DNA of 30,386 nt, from NCBI RefSeq assembly GCF_006345805.1, contig NW_021832647.1, positions 1-30,386 of the forward strand, given 5' to 3'. Made by a program: the position numbers and the translations under genes. Shown piece by piece: positions 1 to 11,992 of the stretch (positions are counted from its first letter, which is position 1; each line of letters opens with the position of its first letter). Source of the DNA: Octopus sinensis (Eukaryota). The notes beneath the pieces were generated by a model. That model saw nothing but the letters and a program-made list of their open reading frames with translations, searched no databases and had not been told where the DNA came from.

Positions 1-224
1 TAATGCACACATACACAGACACACGCACATACATACGCACACGCACATGCATACACACACATATATGCATGTATACATTCATATGTATATAATCATATAT
101 ACTCACAAGAAACCCTGTTCCAACAAAGAGGGGTGCAAAAGAATGTCTGCGTGGGTATGTGTGCATGTGTACGTACCCACTGTCGGTTTTAATGAAGGAA
201 AGATAAAGAATTTAATACCATCAC

Positions 225-263
<39 letters not shown>

Positions 264-266
<3 letters not shown>

Positions 267-1510
267 GGTGCGATGGGTAAATTGTCGCCATTTATAACTT
301 TTAATTTCGTGCATGCGCATTGTTTCTTTTTGATTTTCTCAACTATACAGTATAGTAGGGTCAATTGGGCACCGTCTGTAAGTAAAGCAGCACCATGACG
401 CAATTCACTCTGCCAGAAATTTGGAAACAAAATGCTGAACTGCTTGGCATTCGCTCCGGAAGCTCTAATACGAACATTTCAGAGTGGGTGTCGATCTGAA
501 GACAGTGAAGTGGATTCGGAAAAAGTTGGATGAGTCTAATGGTGATTATGAAGGTACGGCAACGCAGAAAACTCACTCTGATCGTTATAAGAAAACAACT
601 CTTAAATTTGTTGGTGAGATCCAGGCCATGATTGACAACGATCCTTCCAAATCAATCAGGTCCATCGCCAAGGACATGACAGTGACTGAATTTCTAATCA
701 GGCAGGTAGTTCATGAAGACATTCAGTATTCCTCATACAAAATGAGAAAGAGCCAATTTTTATCCCAAGCCATCAAGAACGAGAGGAAAGACCACCCTAC
801 GAAGCTTTTGAACAAACTCAACCAATCATGCTTTGGTTTTTCTCAGATGAGAGAAATATCTCCCAGGATCAGATGGTGAACACACAGAACAACCGTTGGC
901 CTGCCGTGTCCCTAAAACATGTACGTAGAGTAATAAAAATCAAACAACCAGTCAACATCATGGTGTTTGGAATGATCACTAGTGATGGCGACATTATCCT
1001 TCCACTCATCTTCCCACGCGGCCTCAGACTCAACATGGGGGCCTACATCAATTGCCTGTAAGAGGTAGTATTGCTCTAGATCAAGAGAGCGTCTTCTGGA
1101 AGACCTTATGTCTGGCAACAGGATCCTGCACCATGCCACACAAGCATGAGAACCCAGTCATGGCTGTCAAACAATTTCTGTGGCCACATCACCCTTAACA
1201 ACTGGCCACCTAACTCCCCAGACTGAGCGAGTGACCAACAAAACTCCTTGCAACACCAAAGATGAAGTGAAGGCAAGGGTTATGGCAGCATTCACCAACT
1301 TGAACAAGGAGACCGTCCAGAAGTGTTGCAGGAGATTCCGAAGTCGTGTGGAGGGTGTGGTTGAAGCGAATGGCGATTTTAATGAATAAATTTACTCTTT
1401 ACTATTTCAAGTTATTTTTATGTAATTTTGGTAAATATATCTGTTAAATTGAGATGTCGGTGTTATTTTGAATTTTGCGTAATTTAGACAATTTATTCTA
1501 GTTCACGCTA
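264..1510 (+). mobile_element. Decayed maT-like (DD37D-type) Tc1/mariner DNA transposon
   Basis: Starts TA|CAGGGTGCGATGGGTAAATTGTCGCC at the edge of a (TA)n tract. Only a partial right TIR core (GACAATTTA, 1487-1495) remains. Transposase pieces run from ATG 395 to TAA 1389 across frameshifts and stops: SIRSIAKDM helix-turn-helix, WFFSDE (first D), WQQDPAPCH (second D), NWPPNSPD, CRRFRSRVEGVVEANGD. The NPLDY segment carrying the third D is missing at about 1225. Confidence 0.85.
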
Positions 1511-1608
1511 GATATGAAACCAATGGCTTTTTCTAAAACTGTTACTTTACACATACTGAAATATATACACATACATACATATACATACATACATACATAC
1601 ATACATAC

Positions 1609-1680
<72 letters not shown>

Positions 1681-2064
1681 AATCCAGGTGACAACGTAGG
1701 TGAGTTGGGTACAAAAAATTCAGGGTGAATACTTGATAATTGTAAGCACCTGTATATGTCAGTTAGTGGTGTAGGTGATAGAGTATATTTAATTTTTACT
1801 CTTTTACTACATTTTGCACCTACTACTCTCCCTCTTTGTGATCCCTAACTCATTAAAGATTCACCCCACCTCCAACTCCTTCCCTCTCTATCTCAACATC
1901 CAATCTTCCTCATTCTACATCGAGTGAAAAACGAGATGGACGCTTTGTTTTTGTTTTGGTGCCTCGCTCTGTTGTACACGACTATGAGGATTTGCATCCC
2001 CAACGTACATCGTCTTTTTCCCAAACTTATAATGTAATACACGTCCTTGAAGTGGTAATTGTGC

Positions 2065-2151
2065 GCGGCTGAAGAAGGCTATTGACATACATATTACATC
2101 AATTATGCATTGATATAAACCGTCTAATAAAAGCCAGAACATATGTACCGC
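2065..2151 (+). ncRNA. Type I hammerhead ribozyme-like motif, one A missing from GAAA
   Basis: Stem I GCGG(2065-68)/CCGC(2148-51); core CTGAAGA (2069-75); extra A; stem II GGCT/AGCC with a long loop containing an ATCAAT/ATTGAT hairpin; GA instead of GAA before the palindromic stem III ACATATGT (2139-46); GUA cleavage triplet. Confidence 0.6.
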
Positions 2152-2180
2152 TAAATCCTTTGCATCATGTTTTTCTTTTG

Positions 2181-2224
<44 letters not shown>

Positions 2225-2414
2225 AGTTAATGGTGGCGTTGAGGCCCAAAGGTGTCAGGTAATGCTGAATAAATGCTATAAACAGACCGTATCACATTAA
2301 GAATATGCTTGCCTACATATCCCTACATATCTCACATTTATTTTCTTTCCTCCACCTCACTCTCTATTTTGCATCCTATCTAAATTAACTATTACTTAAC
2401 CATCCTCTCACACC

Positions 2415-2466
2415 GTCTCAGATGAAGGGATATAGTTAATAAACATCTTGGAAACAGCTGTAAGAC
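2415..2466 (+). ncRNA. Type I hammerhead ribozyme-like motif (core CAGAUGA)
   Basis: Stem I GTCT(2415-18)/AGAC(2463-66); core CAGATGA (U4 to A variant); weak stem II GGGAT/ATCTT; GAAA; palindromic stem III ACAGCTGT (2454-61); GUA triplet. Confidence 0.6.
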
Positions 2467-2541
2467 CTTCTATCTACGAATGTTCTAATATCTACACAGC
2501 ATTGGTTTTTTATGAAAAAAATTATTTTATATATATATAAA

Positions 2542-2915
2542 AGGAGTGGCTATGTGGTAAGTAGCTTGCTAACCAACCACATGGTTCCGGGTTCAGTGTC
2601 TTCTGCTATAGCCTCGGGCCGACCAAAGCCTTGTGAGTGGATTTGGTAGACGGAAACTGAAAGAAGCCTGTCGTATATATGTATATGTATGTATGTGTGT
2701 GTATATGTTTGTGTGTCTGTGTTTGTCCCTCTAGCATTGCTTGACAACCGATGCTGGTGTGTTTACGTCCCCGTCACTTAGCGGTTCGGCAATAGAGACC
2801 GATAGAATAAGTACTAGGCTTACAAAGAATAAGTCCCGGGGTCGATTTGCTCGACTAAAGGCGGTGCTCCAGCATGGCCGCAGTCAAATGACTGAAACAA
2901 GTTAAAGTAAAGAGT
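2542..2915 (+). mobile_element. tRNA-derived SINE family A, with a 26-bp internal deletion
   Basis: Matches the copies at 11487, 14533 and 25042: A box TGGCTATGTGGT, internal (TA)/(TG) tract, GGCGGTGCTCCAGCATGGCCGCAGTCAAATGACTGAAACAAG tail. It lacks the CCC...TGGCACCTTGGGCAAGT segment present in the other copies. Confidence 0.9.
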
Positions 2916-3169
2916 ATATATATATATATATGCATACATACATACATACATACATACATACGCGTGCATACACACACGCACACACACACACACACACACA
3001 CATGCAAACATATTGGTGATTACTGATAATGGCTGTCTTTGTCATCAAATTCCAATTCTCAGTTTGTCATCACCTCCAACGATAGCCATAGGAAGGCTGT
3101 GGGAGGGGAGACAGTTGTTAGAATAGCATCACTTAACACATATTTCTATTAAACAATACATCTACTATG

Positions 3170-3446
3170 TAGTTGTCGTTGGTGTTGTGGTGGTGGTGGT
3201 GGTGGCGATGCTGCAGCTGGTGGTGGTAGTGAGTGGTAGTAGTAGAGGTGGTTGAGGTAGGTGGTGGTTCCGCTGCTAGTCCACCAACCACTGCTACTGC
3301 CACCGTTGCTGTGGTAGTTTAGTCAGATGTCGATGAGTTAATACTACTATTTTGGTGGTGATACTTTAGTAATGTGCCCTTTGTCGGTAGTAGTAGTAGT
3401 AGTAGTTAGTAGTAGTAGTAGTAGCAGCAGCAGCAGCAGCAGCAGT

Positions 3447-3505
<59 letters not shown>

Positions 3506-3800
3506 CGGTGGTGGTGGTGATAGTACTTTATTACAGTAGTGGTGTGTTACGGTGGTAGAAGTGGTGGTGTGACATGCTGTTATAGCGATAATACTGTAGT
3601 TATATCTGCAATTGTAGCTGTTATGGAGGTAGTGTTGCTAGTCAGGTGTTGTTGCGGCGATAGTACTGTAACGGTGATGTGTTACCGTGCTAGTAGCTGT
3701 GGTAGTGATACTGTAATAATGTGTTGTAGTTGGTAGTGGTGATGGTGGTAGTAGTACTGTTGTCACCTGTTGCTGTGGTGCCATTACAGTAGTAGTATAT
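3170..3800. repeat. Compound, degenerate trinucleotide tract (GGT/AGT/AGC)n
   Basis: Pure (AGT)n and (AGC)n runs at about 3388-3505, with decayed GGT/TGT triplets on both sides. Confidence 0.85.
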
Positions 3801-3928
3801 TCTTCTCTACTCTAGGTACAAGGTCCGATATTTTGGGGGAGTGGGGTGCCAGATTAGATCGACCCCAGTACGCAACTGGTATTTAATTTATCGATGAAAG
3901 GCAAAGTCGACCTCGGCGAAATATGACG
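3801..3928 (-). mobile_element. SINE family C fragment
   Basis: Reverse complement of GTCGACTTTGCCTTTCATC...GATAAATTAAATACCAGTTGCGTACTGGGGTCGAT, as in the copies at 16931 and 18576. Confidence 0.8.
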
Positions 3929-4181
3929 TAGTAGTGCGTTTTTGTCATCGTGCTGGTGGTAGTTTCGTAGTTGTATGTTATTGTATGATGTATAGTGTGG
4001 TATAAGCTGTGGTACTCTAGTGTGTACTGTTGTGGTAATGGTGGTAGTACGAGCTATTCTCATAATTACACTGTGTAATATGAATTTTGTCCTTGGGTAG
4101 CAACTGCTATTTCCTATTTGCTTACTGCTAGAAACTATGAAAAGTGGCTAACATTTCCTTCAAACTTTACTTTTGGTACAT

Positions 4182-4349
4182 TTATTCAAACCCCAAAAAA
4201 TCCCTCTCAACACATGGCTATGATGCTCCCCCACTATTTCTGCTAATGTTCAGAGATGCACATATTGTTAGCCACTAAGGGACATGTTCAAGTGGTTATG
4301 GTCAAGCAAATGATAAGCAAATCTGTGATATCAAGCAGAATATTTGCTA
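4182..4349. repeat. Dispersed repeat fragment, second copy at 18073-18234
   Basis: TTATTCAAA...ATCCCTCTCAACAC...CTCCCCCACTA...TCAGAGATG...AAGGGACAT...GGTCAAGCAA...GCAGAATATTTGCT occurs at both sites. Probably a retroposon fragment; family not assigned. Confidence 0.75.
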
Positions 4350-4489
4350 CAACGATATTTCTGCTGCAGCAGTTCAGTGCTGAATCTGTCTGAGATGTAA
4401 TGGAAAATAGGTCAGTCTCAAGACATGAGGTCACAAAAGCAAAGTCTGAAGAGAATGGTAGTCATTTCTTTTTATTTCTATTTATTTAT

Positions 4490-4630
4490 TTACTTACTTG
4501 TTTCAGACATTTGACTGTAGCTATACTGGAACACTAGAATTTTTTGATGAAATGAATCTACCCCAAGATTCAATTTTTTTAAAGCCTTGTACTTATTCTA
4601 TCGGGTTTTTTCGTCGAACCGCTAAGCTAC
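4490..4630 (-). mobile_element. SINE family A, 3' fragment, diverged
   Basis: TTACTTGTTTCAGACATTTGACTG...GTACTTATTCTATCGG...CGAACCGCTAAG is the reverse complement of the family A tail. Confidence 0.75.
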
Positions 4631-4964
4631 GCTAAGTTTGAAGGGAACAGCAGACATTTCCTTTGATTTCTTGATAGAAGCGAATAAGAAATGACACTGT
4701 CAAAAGACAAAAAAAAAATTCAAATTTTGTTACAGTTTTATAGTTATCGTTTCTGGAGCTTGTGATACATTTTTACGGTATGAGGGCGTTAACCCTAGGC
4801 CCAGCTCTCTTGCTTTTTCATCCGGGCTTGGGACCGGCGTGGGCGGAGTGTTATAGAACGGCTGTGGTGATGTGTATTGTTGCAGTTTTAATGATAGTGC
4901 TATAGTGTATGTATTGTTGTGCTGCTGTTGTGCAGTGGCGGGGGTGTTGTGATGGTAGCGAAAC

Positions 4965-5490
4965 TTCAGCTTATTTAGCCCCGTGTTTGCTCTAATTAAA
5001 CAGACATATTTTCAATAGCGATATTAAAACTGACATCAACCATGGAATTGGCAGAGCTGCAGCCGTATTCTAGAAAACGTGTGCCATCTGGTCCTCCAAC
5101 ACTATCGACTAACACACAAAGATCCGGTTTTGTAATGGCATAATTCTACCAACAGTCCACTCATTGGCAAGTAAGACATGAATTTGTAACGTGAAAATCG
5201 ACAGAGAATTAAATGTGCCCCACCAAAGATGCTTCATAACCAATGAAGACATACTAAGGAGGATCAACAGAAGACTACTTAGCCATTAAAACGATTAAGA
5301 TAAATTCTCCGGCTACCAGAACAACGCCATTCTAAAACAGCTTTCAAATGGTCAGAGAGGAAGACTGAAAACTACACTGTGCAGAACCAGCATGAGGGAA
5401 GCCAATATCACACGGTCGGATGTAGAGGAAACCGCAACGAAAATGAACTTACCGTCCAATGTGCTGGAGGGCAAAGGTGGAACTGACACT
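4965..5490 (+). mobile_element. RTE-like LINE, 3' ORF fragment (pseudogenised)
   Basis: Reads SDIKTDINHGIGRAAAVF*KTCAIWSSNTID*HTKIRFCNGIILPT...HQRCF.ITNEDILRR, then ILRLPEQRHSKTAFKW..RGRLKTT. These are typical post-RT motifs of RTE-clade LINEs. Several stops and a deletion. Confidence 0.7.
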
Positions 5491-5648
5491 AATGTTGATT
5501 ATTAAAGCTAAGATTATCCGATTATCCCGAGTTTACGTTATCCAATATCCTTCCTTCTATTTTTTTCCCCCCGTTATTGATGCTTTGTAGGAAATTTTCC
5601 TATTTCTAGGAAATTTTCCTATTTCTCTTGTCTGGAGATAAAAGGACA

Positions 5649-5694
5649 GTTGTAGACACGTGTTTCTGGCTCATTCGCCGTTTTCCAGCACGAC
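5649..5694 (-). ncRNA. Decayed type I hammerhead-like motif
   Basis: Minus strand: GTCGTG-CTGGAAA-A-CGGC GAATGA GCCA-GAA-ACACGTGT-C-TACAAC. Palindromic stem III, GUC triplet, stem I 5/6 paired, but the core differs from CUGANGA at two positions. Confidence 0.4.
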
Positions 5695-6102
5695 TCTTGT
5701 CCGATCTTATTTCTAGTAACCGAAGGCGACAACATTATTTTCTAATTTATCAAAATTATCTCCGATTCTGAAGGAGAAAACACAATTACCAAACGGCAAT
5801 TAAGACGACACCAAAAAGGTCTTCCACCCATTCCTGTTTGAGACAGTTCATGTTGACAACAGAGGTGACGGCTGTTGCGTCGATGGCGGCGCTGCTGCTG
5901 CTGATAATGAAGATGATGCTACAGCTAATGGTAATAGTGAAAGTGAGACAATGGAAGTTTTGTAACAGTCAGTAGTTGTGGTGTTGTGATTTGCCTGAAA
6001 GCATTCAGGTTTCATTGTCGTCGTCGTCGTTGTTTCCCACGACGACGACTTGCCCTCGTTACTCAGGTTTATATTTTCGATTTTTCCTTTTCTTTTCATT
6101 TT

Positions 6103-6106
<4 letters not shown>

Positions 6107-6173
<67 letters not shown>
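6107..6173. repeat. (CT)n microsatellite
   Basis: Uninterrupted CT run. Confidence 0.95.
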
Positions 6174-6177
<4 letters not shown>

Positions 6178-6377
6178 CCTCTGAGTCAGGTCAAACGACA
6201 GACGTTGATATTATCAAAGCCGAATAGAAAATTTCCCAGGTAGACGAAAAATATTTCATGCGTAAAATATTTAAAAAGAACTCAAATGAAAACAAACACT
6301 ATTATCTAGCGCGCAGGCGTGACTGCGTGGTTACTTGCTGATGAGAAGATTGCATTTTACACCGTTTATTCCTTTGG

Positions 6378-6410
<33 letters not shown>

Positions 6411-6591
6411 ATATGTATATATATATGTATGCATTTATATGTATGTATATATGTATGTATATATATGTATATAAATATATATGTACGTATATATAAATAT
6501 GTAAATATATATATGTATATATATATATGTGTGTGTGTGCGTGTGTGTGTGTATGTGTATGTATGTATGTATGTATGTATGTATGTATGTA

Positions 6592-7575
6592 TTGGGTTGG
6601 CAACTAAGTTCCCGCCGTTTTTTAAATTTTAATTTTTTAAAAGGTTTAATAAAAAATAACAACTAATTAATCAATAATGTTTTCACCCTTGTTGCTTACA
6701 AGATTTTCAATACCTCGTTGGTAGAAATCACTCGATTTTGACTCGAAAGATTGATCCAACCAAGCTCTCAATTCTGCATCAGTATTGAACGAAACTACGT
6801 GCATAGCATTTGAAAGAGATTGAAAGAGGTGGAAATCCGTTGGTGCCAAATCAGGAGAGTACGGCGGGTGTGGCAGCACTTCTCAGTCATGCGTTTGAAT
6901 GGCTTCTTTGGTCATATTGGTGATATGAGGGCGGACGTTGTCGTGTAGCAAAACTCCATGCTGACGATTAGGTCTTTTCTCTTGAATAGCTGTGTTGAGT
7001 CGTTCCATCTGTTGAACATAAAAGCAGAGATTGTGGCTCGTTGAGTTTGTTGTTGTCACTTAAAGCATACTTCTGTCACTTAAAGCATACTTCTGTCACT
7101 TAAAGCATACTTCTGAACCTTTCCCATCGAGTGAAGATGCTTTTCTATAGCAGTGAGGGAGCATTCCATTTTCTCTGCCAGCTCCCTTGTCGTTTGACGA
7201 GAATTTTCGCGCAAAAGTTGGTCTAATCGCTCTTCATCGAACTCAACTGGACGGCAAGAACGAGGTGCGTCTTTGAGGTCAAAATTTCCATTTTTGAACT
7301 TGGCATACCAATCACGAGCGGTTCTTTCAACTATGGCACCCTCTCCATACACAGCACAAATGTTGCGAGCAGCTTTTGCGGCCTTAGAGCCTTGATTAAA
7401 AGCAAAAAGAAGGAGGTGTCGAAAACGCTCGTTTTTCTTAACTTGACATTCCATTTTAATGATCTGAAAATAAACAAAAATTAACTAAAATTAACTAGTA
7501 AAAAAAAACAAATTATTCCAAAATGATTCAAAAATAGAATTCTCGAAAAAACTAGATTCCAAAATTTAAAAACGC
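6592..7575 (-). mobile_element. Decayed mariner (DD34D) transposon with internal deletions
   Basis: TA|TTGGGTTGGCAACTAAGTTCCCGCCGTTTTT TIR at 6592. Transposase runs from 7454 (MECQVKKNERFRHLLLF...) to 6667. HDNVRPH...YSPDLAPTD has exactly 34 residues between the two Ds, including a TGA stop. The WVPH motif and the first catalytic D region are deleted. The other TIR is recognisable only as AAAAACG at about 7568. Confidence 0.9.
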
Positions 7576-7903
7576 AATAAATTTTCGGTGCATCAAGGGG
7601 TTTTGATGCGGAAATCAAAGGTGATTTAATACTCTAAAATAGGATCTTGGTTATGCATATTAAAATTCATAGAATTTCTATCCGTCTATTTTCTCTGTCC
7701 CCTACTCCTTGTATGGTTGTAGGAGTTGAGTCCTCAGAGATAGGTTTCTATTAGAAACAATCTTCTTTACACTTTCGGTTGGATTGCCAAACGTCACCAA
7801 CTAAGTCTATGGATATTATCCGATCTTGCCAAGTAACGTTACTCCAAAGACTCTTTTGTTATATATATTGGTTTGAAATTTATTTCAAATTTTGGCACAA
7901 GAC

Positions 7904-8720
7904 CCTTTAAATCAAGCAACTACACAGAAGATAAGGTCCTTCAACCATGTAGTGGTCGCTATTTTAAAAACAGTAGAGAGTTTATTGAAGAAAGATCTGG
8001 TTGTTACATTGGGATCAGCCTACAACATAGATCCTTTTAGTATAGATCCTTTAAATCAAGCAACTACATAGAAGTTAAGATCCTTCAAACATGTCGTGTT
8101 CCCTATATTAAAAACTGTAGGGAGTTTGTTGAAGAAAGATCAGGTTGTCACATTGGAATCAGTCCACAACATAAACCCTTTAACTATTTCATATGGTCCT
8201 TATTTTAGTGACAGCAAGAAATCTTTTGTTGAAAGATGCGGTTGTTAACGTTAAGGAAATTAAGCTACGTACATGGACATTCTTATAAGATCCCTATTTT
8301 ATAAACAGCTGTTTGTTGACGAGATTCGGTTGCTACATTGACATCAACTTGTTTCATAGAAACTCCTTCAACTTTTCTATGTGGTCCTTAATTTAAAGAC
8401 ATTAAAGAGTTTGTTGGTGAAAGATGTACGGTTGTTACAAATTTTTCAAACGTTTCATGTGATCCCTATTTTAAAAATAGTGAAGAGTTTGTTGAAGAGA
8501 GATCCGGTTACTATATCGGGATCAATCTGCTATGTAGCAGCTTCTTTAACTTTTCCCATGGAGGCCCCTTTTGCAAAGTCAGTCAGTTTTCTTGATGCGT
8601 CATCTGGTTATTACAAAGTGTAATTACGGAATTCACATAAACATTCCTTCTTTTTCTGTCCTCTGTTGTCTCTATTTTAAAGATATTAAAGTGTTTGCTT
8701 ATGAGATTTAGATGCTATAT
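7904..8720. repeat. Degenerate tandem repeat; first two units have a 144-bp period
   Basis: CCTTTAAATCAAGCAACTACA at 7904 and 8048. The motif CTATTTTAAAAA..G..AGAGTTT(G/A)TTGAAGA.AGATC.GGTT recurs at about 7978, 8122, 8222, 8310, 8408 and 8485. Confidence 0.75.
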
Positions 8721-8788
8721 GGAAGTTTTCTTAACTGTTTAAGTAGATGGAAAAAAATTGTTATGCTGATCAGGTTATATGAATGCAT

Positions 8789-8790
<2 letters not shown>

Positions 8791-8882
<92 letters not shown>

Positions 8883-8892
8883 CGCTCTCTCT
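8791..8892. repeat. (CT)n microsatellite
   Basis: Long CT run ending in CTCG variants. Confidence 0.95.
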
Positions 8893-9769
8893 CGTTGATC
8901 CCTGATTTAAAAATAATCGACAGTGAGTTTGTGGCAGATTTTAACAGCTATATCGAGAGACAGTCTATCAGTCAGTGATAACATAACACCAAGACCAGCT
9001 GTAATAAGTAGTAACAAGACCCATCAGAACACCCCACTCTTCCCAACCCTGAGACTGTCGTCATTTCAACAAGGTATCATCATCATCATCATCATCAGTA
9101 GAAGCAGCATCATGTGACACATATGCTGCTGCCCTCTGATAAAAACTGTGTCAAACCAGAAACCGAACGGAAGCATTTAAAAGGAAAGAAAAAAATTTTT
9201 AATATAAAGATATAGAAATAATACCCACAATGCTTTGCTTTTTGTTATCCTCCTGTTCACCTTTCCCAGTTTTTACAATCTGTCCCTTCTTCATCGTTTC
9301 ACTTTCTCATTTTCCTTTCTTTTTCTTTTTTTTTACATTTTCATCTTATTACTCTCCTTTTACCTGGTCTTTCTTTGTCATCTCCTTCTCCCTTCTCATC
9401 TTTTCTGTTTTATCTCTCCTACTCCGATCCGACACCATCTTTCTCTATGCTCATGTGTCACTTGGCTACAAACACCCTCCTCCAAACACACGCACGCACA
9501 CACATACATGCACACACACACACACATCCACACACACACACATCCACGCGCGCACACATTTACGACTCTTCTCTCACTTTCCACTCATCCATATCGATCT
9601 CATGAAAGCGAACCTGCGTCTCCGTCAGTGAGTGTATCTGGTGTCGTTGCCATGGTTACTCTAGTACTCAAACACACACACACGATCACATACGCATATA
9701 TATATATATGTATAAGTATATATATATATATATATGGTGGGGTTCTCGCTGCATCCATCTTTACGCCAG

Positions 9770-9798
9770 TTATCACTACCGCTACTACTACCACTACT

Positions 9799-9856
<58 letters not shown>

Positions 9857-9995
9857 AGAACTACCGTCAATACTATTATCGCCATCATCATTGTCAAATC
9901 TGTCACCACCAACAACATCACCAATATCACCACTACCACCACCACCACCACCGTCACTACTACAGCTATTATTGACACTACCACCACCACCATTT
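9770..9995. repeat. (ACT)n/(ACC)n trinucleotide tract
   Basis: Pure ACT run at about 9800-9855, followed by decayed CAT/CAC triplets. Explains the poly-T/L/Y ORFs. Confidence 0.9.
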
Positions 9996-10765
9996 AGCTA
10001 TTACAAGCTAACAAGGAAGACTGTGGTGTCGCAGGACTTTCTCGAAATAGCCCCCAAATCTTCCTCAATTCACGCTCTGCCGCATTAGAAAAAAAGAAAC
10101 ACGTTAGATATTTTGCTATGAATTCATAGCACATAGCAAAACCAGACGTGATGGTCATAGGTTGAATGTCTTAAATCGTAGATCAGATACAACTACAGTT
10201 ACTAGCTTTTCTGGTACCTTCGTCAAGAACATTAACGCTACGACCTCCATAGTCAGAATCTGTACCTCCTCATGGCACCTATTCACAGTTACGTGGACTG
10301 TAACTCCGCATGGTATAAATGTTACACCTGTATTTGACATGCACGCACATAATTCATCGATATCGCGCTCTCTTTCCCTTCCTCTCATCAATGACTCTCC
10401 CTCTCTCCCTCCCTCCTTCTCTCCTTCATATACTATGCACATATGTCCCTCTCGCTCACTCCTTCTCTCTCCCAATGTGCATGCGTTACTCTCACTCATT
10501 CCTCCTCTCCCTCTCTCAAGTCTCTCTTCCTATATATAAATGTAATTTTCATGCCCTCTCCCAAAATGCATATATCTCTCTTACGCTCTCTTTCTCACCT
10601 TATATGCACGTCTCTCTTTCACACTCTCTCTCTCTCTCTCTCTCTCTTCCTCTCTCACTCTCTTCTTCTTTTTCCATATATATTTATGTCACGGTCTCGC
10701 TATGTAGGTATGTCTCTTCCCCTCTCCCGTTCGCTTCTCTCTCTCTTATCCCTCCTCTTTTTCCT

Positions 10766-10831
<66 letters not shown>

Positions 10832-11486
10832 CTTCATCGCCAGTCATCTGTGGCTCTATAAAATTAAAAACATAGAAACAAGTTCTATACATGGGAAAAT
10901 CTAACAACTTGTATTCACACACACACAAACACACAAAATACACATACACACAAAACATATACACGCACGCACGCACACACACAAACATACGCACGCACAC
11001 ACACTCACACTCTCACACACATACACACATAAACACATACGCACACACGCACTCACACACACACACTCAAACACGCACACGCATTCACACATAATAACAC
11101 ACACACAAACACGCACACGCGCCCACCACAAGCTACCACCACCCCTCGCACACACACACATTTTCCAATATGACGATGTTATTGGAGAGTGACTAAGATG
11201 CATGCGTGCTCTGATCCCACATCTGTCGCTGATTACGGAAGTCAGGTGACGGGGCACGCGGAGAAGGAAGTGGATTATACACAAATGTTAATTTTGGCAG
11301 ATCTCAGAGATAAAAATTGTGAAAACACCTGAAACACTACTGCTGATTAAAATTACCACAAGTAAATGTGTGAGTGTGTGTGTGTGTATGTGTATGTATG
11401 TGTGTGTCCGCGCATAAACCAGGACCTGTAAAACGGATGAACAAGATCTCCCTAGAGGCTTTTGCAATAAAAACGAAATATACATA

Positions 11487-11897
11487 GGCGCAGGAGTGGC
11501 TGTGTGGTAAGTATCTTGCTTACCAACCACATGGTTCCGGGTTCAGTCCCACTACGTGGCACCTTGGGCAACTGTATTCTACTATAGCCTCGGGCCAACC
11601 AAACCCTTGTGAGTGGATTTGGTAGACGGAAACTGAAAGAAGCCCGTCGTATATATGTATGTATATATATATGTTTGTGTGTATGTTTGTGTGTCTGTGT
11701 TTGTCCCCCTAGCATTGCTTGACAACCGATGCTGGTGTGTTTACGTCCCCGTAACTTAGCGGTTCGGCAAAAGAGACCGATACAATAAGTACTGGGCTTA
11801 CAAAGAATAAGTCCTGGGGTCGATTTGCTCGACTAAAGGCGGTGCTCCAGCATGGCCGCGGTCAAATGACTGAAACAAGTAAAAGAGTAAAAGAGTA
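11487..11897 (+). mobile_element. SINE family A, full length
   Basis: GGCGCAGGAGTGGCTGTGTGGT (A box) ... GGGTTCAGTCCC (B box) ... internal microsatellite ... (AAAAGAGT)2 tail. Confidence 0.92.
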
Positions 11898-11950
11898 TTC
11901 TACATAATTGTGCATTTAGACCTTATTTCAACTAGCATTTCTACTAAGCT

Positions 11951-11992
<42 letters not shown>

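Noticed and set aside
6309-6345. CTGATGA at 6338 next to a SINE-head-like fragment
   Set aside because: No stem II or GAAA downstream, and the fragment is too short to call.
7054-7113. Direct repeats that might suggest a CRISPR array
   Set aside because: The units are contiguous with no spacers, in a eukaryotic transposon context.
7680-7760. Minus-strand CTGAGGA followed by a hairpin
   Set aside because: GAAA is not adjacent to the stem and there is no stem III or UH triplet.
9230-10088. Long ORFs of 126-246 aa
   Set aside because: They are composed of (CT)n, (CA)n, (TA)n and (ACT)n translations with no domain signal. The same applies to most IY/HT/CV/SL-rich ORFs in the track.
10200-10227. 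Minus-strand TTGACGA-A-GGTACC-AGAAAAGCTAGTA
   Set aside because: Stem II has no loop, and stems I and III do not pair convincingly.
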